A stretch of 61,717 nucleotides of DNA from a virus. Lineage: Duplodnaviria > Caudoviricetes. Positions 46,808-57,479 of the stretch are shown one piece after another. Below the pieces are notes generated by a model that worked only from the letters and a program-made list of their open reading frames with translations, made no database searches and was not told the origin of the DNA. The stretch lies in the IMG/VR virus record IMGVR_UViG_3300027896_000040, positions 1 to 61,717 of that record; one strand, given 5' to 3'. The position numbers were made by a program, and so were the translations under genes. Positions within the stretch are counted from its first letter, which is position 1; each line of letters begins with the position of its first letter.

Positions 46808-47350
46808 TTATCTATGTTCCCGCTCGCGAGGGTTTCTATGTTTTATCTCTTGATGGTTATAAAAATGTTCACTTTCGTGACCTAAACGCAATGGGCGGTG
46901 CCAAAACCCAACATACCAGTTTACAAATGCATTGTACGGGTAATAAGTTGATACCCACATAACACCATTCCATTGATAAACAAATACATATTCTGGGTAA
47001 CCTAATTGATTAATAGGGCCGTAACCGTACTGAATAAACGGGTTTCCAGTTGATATAAACTCAACAACTACTGGAGCTCCAGGGGGTACAGGGGTACAAA
47101 CAACTGCTGCACCTACTGGGGGTGCTGGTGTCTGTACAATTACCGGTTTCTGTTGATTTTGTTCAATAGCATTACCAATTACACCTCCTACAATGGCACC
47201 AGCAACTGCTCCTGCTACGGGAGCGTGGTTATTAGCACCAATTAAAGCCCCAGCTACTGCACCTACTGCGGCACCGTCCGCTGTGGTTTGTTGAGCATTT
47301 ACCGTTGCAGTAAATGCTAACACTGCGATGATAGGTATAATGTTTTTCAT
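46808..47350 (-). CDS. Secreted glycine-zipper protein
   Basis: Signal peptide; GAAVGAVAGALIG...GAVAGAIVGGVIG. Confidence 0.75.
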   Translation of the reverse strand: MKNIIPIIAVLAFTATVNAQQTTADGAAVGAVAGALIGANNHAPVAGAVAGAIVGGVIGNAIEQNQQKPVIVQTPAPPVGAAVVCTPVPPGAPVVVEFISTGNPFIQYGYGPINQLGYPEYVFVYQWNGVMWVSTYYPYNAFVNWYVGFWHRPLRLGHESEHFYNHQEIKHRNPREREHR

Positions 47351-47385
47351 ACGTTTATATTTATATCAATATTTTTAAAAAAAGT

Positions 47386-47418
47386 AAGAGCCTAAGCTAT
47401 TAATAGCCTAGGCTCTTT
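47386..47418 (-). terminator. Probable terminator hairpin
   Basis: AAGAGCCTAAGCTA/TAGCCTAGGCTCTT. Confidence 0.65.
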
Positions 47419-47431
47419 TATAAGACAAATC

Positions 47432-47656
47432 TTAGGCGACTGTAACCTGAGAGTTGCGGAGAGCAGTAAGGAAATTACGGCTATCAACACGAACCCAATC
47501 TGCCTCATATTGGTTAACAACATCGAGCATCTTGGTCTCATTGCCTACGATTGTAAAGTTACCACTACGATCGCGCTCGAGCGTAACGGTAAATGTCTTT
47601 GGACGAATGTCACGATTGCTGAGATATTCATTCCACTGTTCGTTTGGATTTTTCAT
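47432..47656 (-). CDS. Hypothetical protein
   Basis: ORF. Confidence 0.55.
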   Translation of the reverse strand: MKNPNEQWNEYLSNRDIRPKTFTVTLERDRSGNFTIVGNETKMLDVVNQYEADWVRVDSRNFLTALRNSQVTVA

Positions 47657-47715
47657 ACACCACTATTATAACGGGGGTTTTATAATATCCACTTTATTTT
47701 TCAATAAATAATAGT

Positions 47716-48387
47716 ATGTCATATAATCCGTACCTTATCTCGCGTAACATCCGCGACATGGAATACAACAAGTACACCGAAATTGTAAATGATACACGTT
47801 TTCCTCAAATCACATCTGTAATTCAAAGTTATGATATTGGTCCAACAGGCCAACCACAGGCACAGACAAACTATTATAATAAGACAGCTGAGTTGGTGTA
47901 CTTGGTTAACGCCAGTGATATTAACCAAAACATTACATTATCTGCTACAAACATTCAAGTAAGTAATGTTGGTATTACAGGTGTTGCAGCAGTTAGTGGC
48001 ACTGTTAACGTTCAAACAAATGGTACGTATGCAATTGCAGTATCATCAAATAATACAAATGTAACCAATACGGTAGCAGTAAGTGGTAACGTAGCAGCAA
48101 CAGGCAATGTTGGTGTTGCAGCTGCTACAAATTGGTACGTGACACAAGTTCAAGTTACAACAGCAGGCTTTACACCATTCCCATCATTAACAGGTAGAGT
48201 AGCTACGGTTGTTAATACAACTGGTGATACATTATTGTTAACAAGGGCTGGGCAAGGTATTGCATTGCCATTCTTAAATAACTCTTCATTGGACATCACT
48301 TTAACTAACAACGTAAGTGAAATTCAATTAAAAGCTCAGACATTGGTAACCCCTGGTTCAGCTTACGCTTTAGTAACAAACTATTGA
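47716..48387 (+). CDS. Probable virion structural protein
   Basis: V/T/N-rich beta-strand composition; TAAATA upstream. Confidence 0.6.
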   Translation: MSYNPYLISRNIRDMEYNKYTEIVNDTRFPQITSVIQSYDIGPTGQPQAQTNYYNKTAELVYLVNASDINQNITLSATNIQVSNVGITGVAAVSGTVNVQTNGTYAIAVSSNNTNVTNTVAVSGNVAATGNVGVAAATNWYVTQVQVTTAGFTPFPSLTGRVATVVNTTGDTLLLTRAGQGIALPFLNNSSLDITLTNNVSEIQLKAQTLVTPGSAYALVTNY

Positions 48388-48389
48388 TA

Positions 48390-48581
48390 ATGGCAACAAA
48401 ATATTCATTAGCACCACCCACAAAACCTTTACAAACAGTGCCCGCTGCTTCTAAAGGCAAAAAAAGGGATGCTTTTGGTATGGTATCTAATGATACAAAT
48501 TACTTTTATTACTGTACAGGAAACTACGGCGGTATTACTAATATATGGTGCCGCGTATCTAATACAGGAGCTTCATTCTAA
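48390..48581 (+). CDS. Small tail-fibre-associated protein
   Basis: DTNYFYYCT...WCRV motif. Confidence 0.6.
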   Translation: MATKYSLAPPTKPLQTVPAASKGKKRDAFGMVSNDTNYFYYCTGNYGGITNIWCRVSNTGASF

Positions 48582-49687
48582 TGTCCTCAAACTATAATAT
48601 TGGTTTTCAAAACCCTTACACCAACTCTGCATGTAATAATGTGTTAAGTGCAGTTGGTGGGTTTACCACGGCAGGTATTTTTACTGTCAACGGTAACTCA
48701 ACATCAACCACAACAATAAGTGGTGGTTCTTTTTATATGCATGTACCTTATGTGTCAGGTGGTACGGGAGGTGCATTTAATTTAGTTGGTTCTAGTAGTG
48801 GTGCTTATCAAAATATTATTAATGCTGGTGACTTGTTCCATGTAACTGGTAATGACAACACTCAAACAAGAATTACATTTGACGGCTTTGGGTTATCAGC
48901 AACAAATTTAAACCCAAACCAAAACGCGTTCCCCAATTTAATTATAAGAAGTGCTAGAGGTACGGTAGCTACCCCATCAGGCCTTTCAGCGGGTGATGTT
49001 TTAGGCCGTATAACGTTTAACGGTTATCAAGGCAGTTCATATTTACCACCAGGATCTGCTCAAGGTCAGAATTACTTACAGTACGTTGCAACGAGTAACT
49101 ACACCGCTTCAGCAGCAAGTTCTCAAGTTCAATTCTGGCTAGCCCCAACTGGGACGAATCAAAGTACACTTGCATTAGCTTTAGATTCATATGCATTATC
49201 TTCAAACAATATTGAAGTAAATCCAGGCAATGCAATTATATTTAGTGATAATTCAGCTCAAACAACAGCATTCTACCAGTTAACAGGTACTTGGACACCT
49301 AAACTGTCAAGTTCAAATAACGGTTCGGGTATATCAGCAACTAATGTAACATCCGGTGTTTATATTAAATCGGGAAAACAAGTATACTGTACTTTTATTA
49401 TTACCTTAAGTTCAATTGACTCAGCTTCAGGCAACGTTTATCTTTATAATTTACCTTACCCAGTTGCCATCGGTAATACAATTTGGGGTGATTGTAGAGT
49501 AACAAGCTTTGCTGCTTCAAACGGCCAGTTAATTGGTATTGTAGGTGATAATAGTGGTTCGTTGCAAGACTTTACCTTGTACGGTATTTACCGTAATAGT
49601 GGTGGAGGTAGTAATAACTTACAAGTATCAGACTTGGGAGCTACTGCATACCTTAAAGGAGCTATAAACTACGTTGCTGCTTATTAA
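48581..49687 (+). CDS. Tail fibre-like protein
   Basis: RSARGT...GDVLGRITFNGY; GTWTP...GVYIKSGKQV...LPYP. Confidence 0.7.
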   Translation: MSSNYNIGFQNPYTNSACNNVLSAVGGFTTAGIFTVNGNSTSTTTISGGSFYMHVPYVSGGTGGAFNLVGSSSGAYQNIINAGDLFHVTGNDNTQTRITFDGFGLSATNLNPNQNAFPNLIIRSARGTVATPSGLSAGDVLGRITFNGYQGSSYLPPGSAQGQNYLQYVATSNYTASAASSQVQFWLAPTGTNQSTLALALDSYALSSNNIEVNPGNAIIFSDNSAQTTAFYQLTGTWTPKLSSSNNGSGISATNVTSGVYIKSGKQVYCTFIITLSSIDSASGNVYLYNLPYPVAIGNTIWGDCRVTSFAASNGQLIGIVGDNSGSLQDFTLYGIYRNSGGGSNNLQVSDLGATAYLKGAINYVAAY

Positions 49688-49924
49688 TCACTCAAGCATT
49701 ACTTGATTGTATTCGTTAATTTTCTGAGAGATGTAAATTATTTCCATTTGAAAATCTCTCATTGAAGAACAATTAACTTGAGACCTGTAAATGCACTGAG
49801 CTTTACTATTCTCTACTAATACCTCATTTAAACTGGTATCGTAAACGCTAATAAACCCTGACTTGTCGTAAATGTAAAGATAACCATTTACGGTTGTATT
49901 ATAAACAATATCGTTCTTATTCAT
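49688..49924 (-). CDS. Hypothetical protein
   Basis: ORF. Confidence 0.5.
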   Translation of the reverse strand: MNKNDIVYNTTVNGYLYIYDKSGFISVYDTSLNEVLVENSKAQCIYRSQVNCSSMRDFQMEIIYISQKINEYNQVMLE

Positions 49925-50109
49925 TAGTTCAAATCCAAAACAATTTGTCTATCGAACTCAATAATAGCCTCTCCAGCTTTATTATCTCTAAATTGCTTCA
50001 AAACACATAGAAGCGTTTCAACGTGCTTTACGTCAACAACTTGTTTATCCTGAATTTCTCTTTCTATAGAAATAATAATTCTATCCAAATTCTCGTAATT
50101 CATGCACAT
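49924..50109 (-). CDS. Hypothetical protein
   Basis: ORF. Confidence 0.5.
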   Translation of the reverse strand: MCMNYENLDRIIISIEREIQDKQVVDVKHVETLLCVLKQFRDNKAGEAIIEFDRQIVLDLN

Positions 50110-50327
50110 ACGTTCTTAGAAAAATTCTTTATAGCAGACCTTGCGCCATTAGCATCGTAATAATGCTTAGTTTTTTCAAATGACTCCTTTGTAAAAATCT
50201 CAATCTCACCAGCAGTCTTATGCGCGTAACACATTCTTCCAAACCTATTGCGTTCCTTCTCACGTGGAACAAAATTAGGATCAGTAAAAATGCCCAGTTC
50301 AATTAGTTTTTTAATGGTATCGTTCAT
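50100..50327 (-). CDS. Hypothetical protein
   Basis: ORF. Confidence 0.5.
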   Translation of the reverse strand: MNDTIKKLIELGIFTDPNFVPREKERNRFGRMCYAHKTAGEIEIFTKESFEKTKHYYDANGARSAIKNFSKNVCA

Positions 50328-50339
50328 ACATGTATTATA

Positions 50340-50807
50340 TCAATTTTCCTTGTATTTTGAATGGTTGTAAAATTGTTTCTTTGTAGTAATAAGATTGTTG
50401 TAAAGTTTAAGTACCTTTTCACTCATTTCCATCTCAAACCTATCAGCATCTAACTCAACCGGTGAGCCAAGATAAGACTTAACTGTTGATTCATCATAGT
50501 TCTTTTTAGTTAGCGGTATCTTAAAAATTTTATCTTGCATGAAGTGTCTGAATTCATGAAGTAAATATGAGTTCATTTTTTTAAAATTTTTTACAATATG
50601 GCTAACATGTACACGGACAAATCTACCACTCTGAAACCTGTAAAAAGAGTAGTTATACTTTGTCTCATGCAAATACAATACATAACTACGTTTCCTTTTT
50701 ACTTTATAAACGCTATCAAAAATGATTGAATAAACCAAAGAAAGGGTATTAAAATCTACGCCTTTATACTTTAGTTTGAATTGCTTAGTTGGTTTAAAAA
50801 CAATCAT
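50340..50807 (-). CDS. HExxH metallopeptidase-like protein
   Basis: LLHEFRHFMQ...Y...PVELDA. Confidence 0.65.
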   Translation of the reverse strand: MIVFKPTKQFKLKYKGVDFNTLSLVYSIIFDSVYKVKRKRSYVLYLHETKYNYSFYRFQSGRFVRVHVSHIVKNFKKMNSYLLHEFRHFMQDKIFKIPLTKKNYDESTVKSYLGSPVELDADRFEMEMSEKVLKLYNNLITTKKQFYNHSKYKEN

Positions 50808-50815
50808 TTGAAAAG

Positions 50816-50901
50816 TGGTAGGGGTGAACGGACTCGAACCGTTACGACCTTCCGGTCAACAGATTTTAAGTCTATAGTGTCTACCATTCCACCACACCCC
50901 C
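50816..50901 (-). tRNA. tRNA-Leu(TAA), canonical long variable arm
   Basis: ATAGA-CTTAAAA-TCTGT, CCA. Confidence 0.92.
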
Positions 50902-50909
50902 ATCTTATA

Positions 50910-51887
50910 TTAATTAGTTACCAAACCCCCATTAACCATTGTAGTAAAATTACTATTAGTTGGAATGTTGAGTTTAAAATTCTTTGCAGTTACCTTATAC
51001 ACCGCCTTATCACCGCGACCATACTTCTTGATATCATCCCTATAACACAACTCCTTAAGTATCACATAAGCCTGTGATGAAGTAATATCAAGCTCCTTCA
51101 TCACCCTCTTCTTCGTAATGTAAGGTGGTTCAATCATGGCAATAACCTTTTTCATTTGCTCTTTCATACGCTGCTCCTTAGAGAGAGCTTTTTCAGCAAC
51201 CTGCTTACGTCCGGTAAAAATAAATCCCTTATCAGTAAGAAGGCTTGTAAATTCGTTGCAAGGACCAAATCTATTCTTTGAAAACGTAATGATACGTGCC
51301 CTATCATCACCAGAAGCTTCATCAATGGTAATTTCCATATTAACATCAACGGTATGGGGAATAAGAGTACCACCCTTAAGCACACCAGCTTTGGTAAGGT
51401 GCATTACGAAAAAGATTGCACATTCATTTCCCTTTGCAGCATTTACAAGAGAAGTAATTGCATAGTGCTCTTTCTCTCTTGAGTTCATATCTGTCTTTGT
51501 AGAAAGAGCTTGAAATGAATCAACAACGATAGCGTCGAACGTCTCAGTTGCCTTTACTAGCTCATCAATATCAGTAATGTTAGCAATACAGAGATTGGTT
51601 ACATTAAGACGTTTGCAATTAAAAGCTAGCTGAGTAATATTTTCCTCACCAGAAGCATAACCAACATTGTAACCGGTCTTAGCAAGAGCTTCAAACACTT
51701 GTAGCAAGAAAGTAGTCTTACCACAACCTGCCTTGGCAGTTACAGTAAAAGAAGACCCAGGTAGAATACCATTACCAAATAGTTCGTCAATTTCAGTAAT
51801 GCCAGTCTTGAACCTTCTATAAAATATATCAGGTATTTGAATATCTGAAACTCTTGTAAAAGAGGTCTCTTGTAGATTAAGATTCAT
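50910..51887 (-). CDS. RadA/Sms-like RecA-family ATPase
   Basis: AKAGCGKTT, YASGEE, VVDSFQ, HLTKAG, KNRFG; lacks Zn finger and Lon domain. Confidence 0.85.
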   Translation of the reverse strand: MNLNLQETSFTRVSDIQIPDIFYRRFKTGITEIDELFGNGILPGSSFTVTAKAGCGKTTFLLQVFEALAKTGYNVGYASGEENITQLAFNCKRLNVTNLCIANITDIDELVKATETFDAIVVDSFQALSTKTDMNSREKEHYAITSLVNAAKGNECAIFFVMHLTKAGVLKGGTLIPHTVDVNMEITIDEASGDDRARIITFSKNRFGPCNEFTSLLTDKGFIFTGRKQVAEKALSKEQRMKEQMKKVIAMIEPPYITKKRVMKELDITSSQAYVILKELCYRDDIKKYGRGDKAVYKVTAKNFKLNIPTNSNFTTMVNGGLVTN

Positions 51888-51908
51888 ACGTTTATTGTAT
51901 CAATGTTC

Positions 51909-52316
51909 CTAGACAAACTTAGTTACATCACGGTTAAAATGTTTCCTAAAATTGGACGCAATAGTTTGCATCTCATTCTTGACACGGGCAATAGCTTCCT
52001 GATTGAAGTTATCTTTAAGATTTTCAATGCAAGCCTTGTAACATATTACAAGATAATCAGAATATGCATTTAATGAGAACTGATCATCTGTATAACCATC
52101 ATCTTCGAGCTTTTTCTTAGCTGCACTCTTTTGTGCATAATGCTTAAGAAAATACTCAAAGTTATTCTTGTAATGCTTTTTGATGAGCTTTTCAAGAAAC
52201 TTGTGGTATATAGGTACAAATTCGCCGGTAATGTTACACTTGGCTTTGTACGAAGATGGAATCTGCTGCACTCCGTCAGCAAACTCGTATAAGTGAAATT
52301 TAGCTTTTCTTGCCAT
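51909..52316 (-). CDS. Hypothetical protein
   Basis: Leaderless promoter. Confidence 0.6.
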   Translation of the reverse strand: MARKAKFHLYEFADGVQQIPSSYKAKCNITGEFVPIYHKFLEKLIKKHYKNNFEYFLKHYAQKSAAKKKLEDDGYTDDQFSLNAYSDYLVICYKACIENLKDNFNQEAIARVKNEMQTIASNFRKHFNRDVTKFV

Positions 52317-52378
52317 ACTATATTATGTCACAGTTCCTCACTCAAACTGTTATCATAAATTAGGAACTCGTGTATAAT

Positions 52379-52603
52379 TTAACGTACAACAGCCCAATCA
52401 TTATACTCAGGATCAATGAATCTGTCACTAATCTCGGCAACCGACATAACGCTATTTGTAACATTGTTCACAAGAATGCCAGGCCCGTACTTAAAGTGGG
52501 GAATGAACTTCCAATTCTCTCCCATACCTCTAAGATAGCCAGGTCGGCTATTGCTAAGCTCACCATTGTTAATGCACTTAATTAGATAATCTGCAATTGT
52601 CAT
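52379..52603 (-). CDS. Hypothetical protein
   Basis: Leaderless promoter 52610-52625. Confidence 0.6.
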   Translation of the reverse strand: MTIADYLIKCINNGELSNSRPGYLRGMGENWKFIPHFKYGPGILVNNVTNSVMSVAEISDRFIDPEYNDWAVVR

Positions 52604-52656
52604 ACCGATATTATATTTACGTTCCTAAATAGTCAAGTTTATATTAAATATTATAA

Positions 52657-53316
52657 ATGGGCTACGTAACAATTCTAGAATTACCAGCAGTAGAAAATGT
52701 CTTACCATTAACAGCAGGTGACGTAATGCCTATAGTTCATGGCGCAACAACTTATAATGTTGATCTTTCAACATTACAGCAGTACTTTAACTTTAACATT
52801 GCTTTATCGGCTGCTGGTAAAAAAAATTACGTTCAATTCGCTTCAAGTAGTTCAGCTTTATGTGCTGATCCAGGCTTTGTTTATATCCCACAGTTAAGTA
52901 GTTTACAAATCGGTTTTAATAATGTAATGGCTGGTTTGTATGGTGGTATTTTAGGCGGCTATCAAAATACAAATTACAGTAACAATGCTTTCATTATTGG
53001 TAGTAATTTAACTACATTCCAAGACAATTTAACTTTAGTAAATGCTATTAGTGCTCAGAATTATGTTTATGATACAACAGGCAATTCATCACAATGGTCA
53101 ACAGCTTACACTTACGTAGTATCTCAATCATCGATTTCAACAACTGTAGCTACAATTACCACACCAGTTGCATTTAATGCATTACCATCTAAAGTTGCAG
53201 GTATGAGAGCATTCGTTAATAATTGTAATACAGTTGTTTTTGGAAATTCAGCTAATGGTGCTGGTTTATTAACAGTGCCTGTTTGGACGGATGGTATTAA
53301 GTGGTATGTAGGCTAA
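52657..53316 (+). CDS. Probable tail fibre/virion protein
   Basis: TILELP...DVMPIV N-terminal anchor; AGMRAFV...VPVWTDG..W C-terminus. Confidence 0.7.
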   Translation: MGYVTILELPAVENVLPLTAGDVMPIVHGATTYNVDLSTLQQYFNFNIALSAAGKKNYVQFASSSSALCADPGFVYIPQLSSLQIGFNNVMAGLYGGILGGYQNTNYSNNAFIIGSNLTTFQDNLTLVNAISAQNYVYDTTGNSSQWSTAYTYVVSQSSISTTVATITTPVAFNALPSKVAGMRAFVNNCNTVVFGNSANGAGLLTVPVWTDGIKWYVG

Positions 53317-53328
53317 TAAATATAATAA

Positions 53329-55096
53329 ATGCCTAACGAAAGAATATATTAATTTCCAAACGTTTTTACACCAAGTGCTGATGACGTTATTCCTATTGAC
53401 GGTGTTACAAATGGTACAAGAAATTTATCTGCAGTAAGAGTTGGTAATGGTTTAGATTACCCAGCTTACGTTACAAGCCAATTTTTACCATTAAGTGGTG
53501 TAGGTTCAACAGTTACTGATGCTGCACACGGAGCAATGACCGGTAGAATATTCATTACTAATAGCGTTGCTGGTAATTTTTTTCACATTACAATCACAAA
53601 ACGCAAGCACAGCTACAAACGCTGTTGCTGGTCAAACCATTGCAAATAGTACAAACAATCTTATTGATGTAATTACAAGCACTGGTTATTCTGGTACTTA
53701 TTTAACAAATGGTATTGTTGGACAAACAGCAGCTTCATTTACTAATGCTTTAGTACCATACAGTCTTGGAACAAACAATATAGCTGCAATAAACATTGAT
53801 ACATCTCAAAACGTATATATTCCAAACTTAGCAAGTGCTCAAACAATTACAAACACATCTGGTAAATTGCAAAAAACAAATGGTGTATTTAATGTTCAAG
53901 CATACGGTGCAAAAGGTGATGGCAGTACAGATGATACTTCAACCATTAACGCAGCTATTACCGCTTTACAAGCTTTTTCGTCCGGCTATTCAGGTGGTGT
54001 TCTTTATTTTCCAGCTGGTACTTACAAAATTAGTTCTGCATTAGCTGTATCAATCAGTAATCCACAATTGGTAACAATTTGCGGTGATAGAAAAGCATCT
54101 ATTATTTTACAAACAGCATCTGCAGCAGACGGATTAACAATAACAATAGCCCATGGTAGTGGTAATACTGCATTAGCATCTGTTGAAGTTTGCGATTTAA
54201 GTTTTTCAACTAATACAACAGCAGCTAACGCTATCACAATTACGTATGGATCAACAGGCACTGGTTCAAGTGAAGCAACTGACGGTGTTCGTGTACATGA
54301 CATTAACATTTACAATAATGGTAACGCTGCGAGTAACACGCAAGGTTGGACAAATGGTATTTATCTTTACAATATTTGGAAAGCTCAAGTAAGTAAAATT
54401 TTTGGTTGTGGTGGTGCAACAAGCGGTAACGTTGTTGTACATGATAATACAACACCATCTACAGGTGGTTCAACCCCAGGTCAAGGTGCATGTATAGCAA
54501 TTTTTGGTACAATCAATACAACCATTACAGACATACAAGCAGAGTTTTGGCAATATGCAATTTATTTAGGAGCTCTTCCAGGTGGTGGTGTTGGTCCTCA
54601 AGGTGTGTTCATAAACAACTTTATTTGTGTTGCTGTTTATAGGGGTTTATATCAAAATGGTGGTACTTATGTATCAAACATTCAATGTAATAATATGTTA
54701 ATAGATCAAGGCAATTCCCCCTATAATAGCGGTATACAAAACATTGCAATTGATCTAAACAATTCATCTGGAGCAGCGTCAGGTTGGTCATTAAACAATA
54801 ACGGATTTAATTTGTTTAATAACATAGCTTGGACCCAGCTAGGTACGGGTTATGGTATTTACATGGCAAACACTAATTATTGTCAATTCTCTAACCTTAA
54901 TGCATTTGCAAATGGTTCTGGTGGTGCAGTATATTTAAATGGTGGTTGCAGCTATAATACATTCTCAAATGGTTATTATGGTGGTGGTACAATTACATTA
55001 ACATCTACATGTTCTGGTAATGCTTTTAATAATATTGGAGGCTCCACATTTACTAATTCCGGTACTAACAATATAAGCAAGACAACATTGTTTTAA
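53329..55096 (+). pseudogene. Tail spike/beta-helix depolymerase with TAA at codon 8 and T7 frameshift (intact catalytic part 53567..55096)
   Basis: MPNERIY*FPNVFTPSADDVIPIDG; frameshift at 53577-83; FNVQAYGAKGDGSTDDT pectate-lyase-3 motif. Confidence 0.75.
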
Positions 55097-55133
55097 TTAG
55101 TTTACTAACCCATACTGATAATTAAATATATTT

Positions 55134-56402
55134 GTGGGTAATGTAACTTTTGATATCTATAATAGACTCAATGTAGAGATGTGGCCAATGACAGGCTACA
55201 CTTTACCGTTCGAAGTTTTTACATTCGTACCTAATTTCAGTAATGCTCCGAAGTACGTGTCTAATAAGCAAGTTATTTGGAATTTCGGTGATGGTACAAC
55301 ATCAACTAACTTAACTGCAACCCACAGTTATGTCTACCCTGGTACATATCCAGTAACTTTAACAACATTCTTATCAACAGGCGATAGTACGGTTATACCT
55401 GTTGTATCATCGATAAGTTTAATAAATTTAATTCAAGACCAGCTTCTTTTAACAACAAAAACTAATATTCAAACTGGCGGTCAAAGTAATAACCCAATTT
55501 ATCTTGAAAGGTATAATTCTTACCAAACAACAGTTTCAGGGAAAAACACTGTAATTAAACTATCTGTTGCTAATAATGCATCACCATTTGCTACATCTCT
55601 TCAGTATTATTCAAATAAAAATGCACAATTTTTATCAATTTCAAGATTTGCAATTCAAACTCCGTTAGGGCTTACTATTGTAGATGAAGTTTCTACAACT
55701 AATGATACTCTTTACGCAACTGCAACTGGTACATCTGTTAACCTTTCTTTAACACCAACAGGTAATAGTGTTGTTGCCGGTTCTAGTGGTTGTGCTGCGT
55801 TTTATTATATTGAAGATGCACAATATGGTTATGTACCGCCTTCAATAACCCCATCACCATCATCACCCCCTTCAGTTACACCAACCCCAACACCAACCCC
55901 AACACCAACACCTTCAGTTACATCTGGTTATGTTTATCCATCAGTTACACCGACACCATCAATAACACCGAGTAAGACACCTTCAGTTACACCAACACCT
56001 TCTATCACCCCCTCAAAAACACCTACCCCTTCATTGACCCCAACTTCAACCCCACATATTTCTCCAACACCTACAACTAGTGTAACACCATCACCAACCC
56101 CTTCACCATCTAGTATTTGTTATGGTTATATAATTACATCAAATTTACCAGCCGTTAATTATTCACCAACAAATCCAGTTTATCAATTTTATTTTAGTTA
56201 TAATGAATGTGGTACCAATGCATCTGTTAATATCAATAATACTTATCCCGCTGGTACACAAATTTATATTTGTCCAGCTGATGGATCGTTACAATGTTAC
56301 CCAGGTACAATAAGTACGCGTGTAGCTGGTGCTTTTTGTGCTCCGGGTTCTTATTACCCACCACCAGCTATTCCACCGGGTAATTATTACCCTGGGTTTT
56401 AA
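55134..56402 (+). CDS. PKD-domain virion protein with Pro/Thr/Ser repeats
   Basis: WNFGDGTTS...THSY..PGTY.VTL; ~90-aa TP/SP tract. Confidence 0.8.
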   Translation: MGNVTFDIYNRLNVEMWPMTGYTLPFEVFTFVPNFSNAPKYVSNKQVIWNFGDGTTSTNLTATHSYVYPGTYPVTLTTFLSTGDSTVIPVVSSISLINLIQDQLLLTTKTNIQTGGQSNNPIYLERYNSYQTTVSGKNTVIKLSVANNASPFATSLQYYSNKNAQFLSISRFAIQTPLGLTIVDEVSTTNDTLYATATGTSVNLSLTPTGNSVVAGSSGCAAFYYIEDAQYGYVPPSITPSPSSPPSVTPTPTPTPTPTPSVTSGYVYPSVTPTPSITPSKTPSVTPTPSITPSKTPTPSLTPTSTPHISPTPTTSVTPSPTPSPSSICYGYIITSNLPAVNYSPTNPVYQFYFSYNECGTNASVNINNTYPAGTQIYICPADGSLQCYPGTISTRVAGAFCAPGSYYPPPAIPPGNYYPGF

Positions 56403-56524
56403 TTCCCCACCAGAACCTATTGTACCAGGTGGTGGCTGTTAACACATCCCTACACACCAGACAACCATATTAATTGATTATTAGTTAATTGATTATTAGT
56501 TTTTGTATATTAAAATATTAAAAT

Positions 56525-57232
56525 ATGGTTTTGTTTGATAAAGAAGCACACTCTTATACTAATTCCGAAACTGGTAGAAAATATATTTCTGTTTCTCAAT
56601 TGCTTTCCTTATATAAGGAGCCGTTTGATAGGGATTATTTTGCTGCAAAGGTAGCTAAAAGACAAGGTGTTAGTAAAGAGAAGGTTATTAGTGAGTGGGT
56701 TAAGACAAATAAAGATGCCTGTGATAAAGGAACTTCTATTCATGAAATAATTGAAAATTATATTAAGACAGGTGAAATACTAGAACAGGATTACGAATTA
56801 GTTAAAAGTTTAGAAGATGTTTTTAATAGAAATGATTATAAGAATATTTTAAGTGAAGAGCTTGTTTATAGTGATCATTACGAAGTGGCTGGTACATCAG
56901 ATTTGATATGTGGTGTAGATGAAAATTACTTTGATGTATTAGATGTTAAGACCAACAAAAAGTTTGAATTTTACAGCAAATATGGAAAACATTTAAAAAC
57001 TCCATTAAATAATTTACAGCAGTGTCATTACAATGATTATAGCTTACAATTGTCTTTATATGCATACCTATATAGTGGGTTAACTGGTAAAAAGGTAAGA
57101 AAAATATGCATACTATATCATGACGGTAAAAAATTTATTAGCTATCCAGTACCGTATTTGTTCTGGGAAGTTTCAGCATTGCTGAAACACTATTCTTTAA
57201 ATCATGGACAAAAACCTGATAAACAAAGTTAA
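56525..57232 (+). CDS. PD-(D/E)XK exonuclease (Cas4/RecB-like)
   Basis: YISVS, KGTSIH, AGTSDL, LDVKT, YSLQLSLY. Confidence 0.85.
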   Translation: MVLFDKEAHSYTNSETGRKYISVSQLLSLYKEPFDRDYFAAKVAKRQGVSKEKVISEWVKTNKDACDKGTSIHEIIENYIKTGEILEQDYELVKSLEDVFNRNDYKNILSEELVYSDHYEVAGTSDLICGVDENYFDVLDVKTNKKFEFYSKYGKHLKTPLNNLQQCHYNDYSLQLSLYAYLYSGLTGKKVRKICILYHDGKKFISYPVPYLFWEVSALLKHYSLNHGQKPDKQS

Positions 57233-57470
57233 ACAACTATTAACAAAGTGTACACCTAACAACGCCGATCAGATAAAAACTCAGCTAATGGTTACATTAA
57301 AGCCGGAAGAAGCTAACCAAGTTTACGATTATTTTTTACGTGAAGAGCCAGACTTTATATATAAAAACTATAAAGTATGGGATAACCAGGTAATCCCACA
57401 ATACAACGATTATTTTACCGACAATAGTACATTATCCGACATAGTAGATGACGATGACTACGTGGATTAA
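57204..57470 (+). CDS. Hypothetical protein
   Basis: ORF. Confidence 0.5.
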   Translation: MDKNLINKVKQLLTKCTPNNADQIKTQLMVTLKPEEANQVYDYFLREEPDFIYKNYKVWDNQVIPQYNDYFTDNSTLSDIVDDDDYVD

Positions 57471-57479
57471 ATATTTTTG

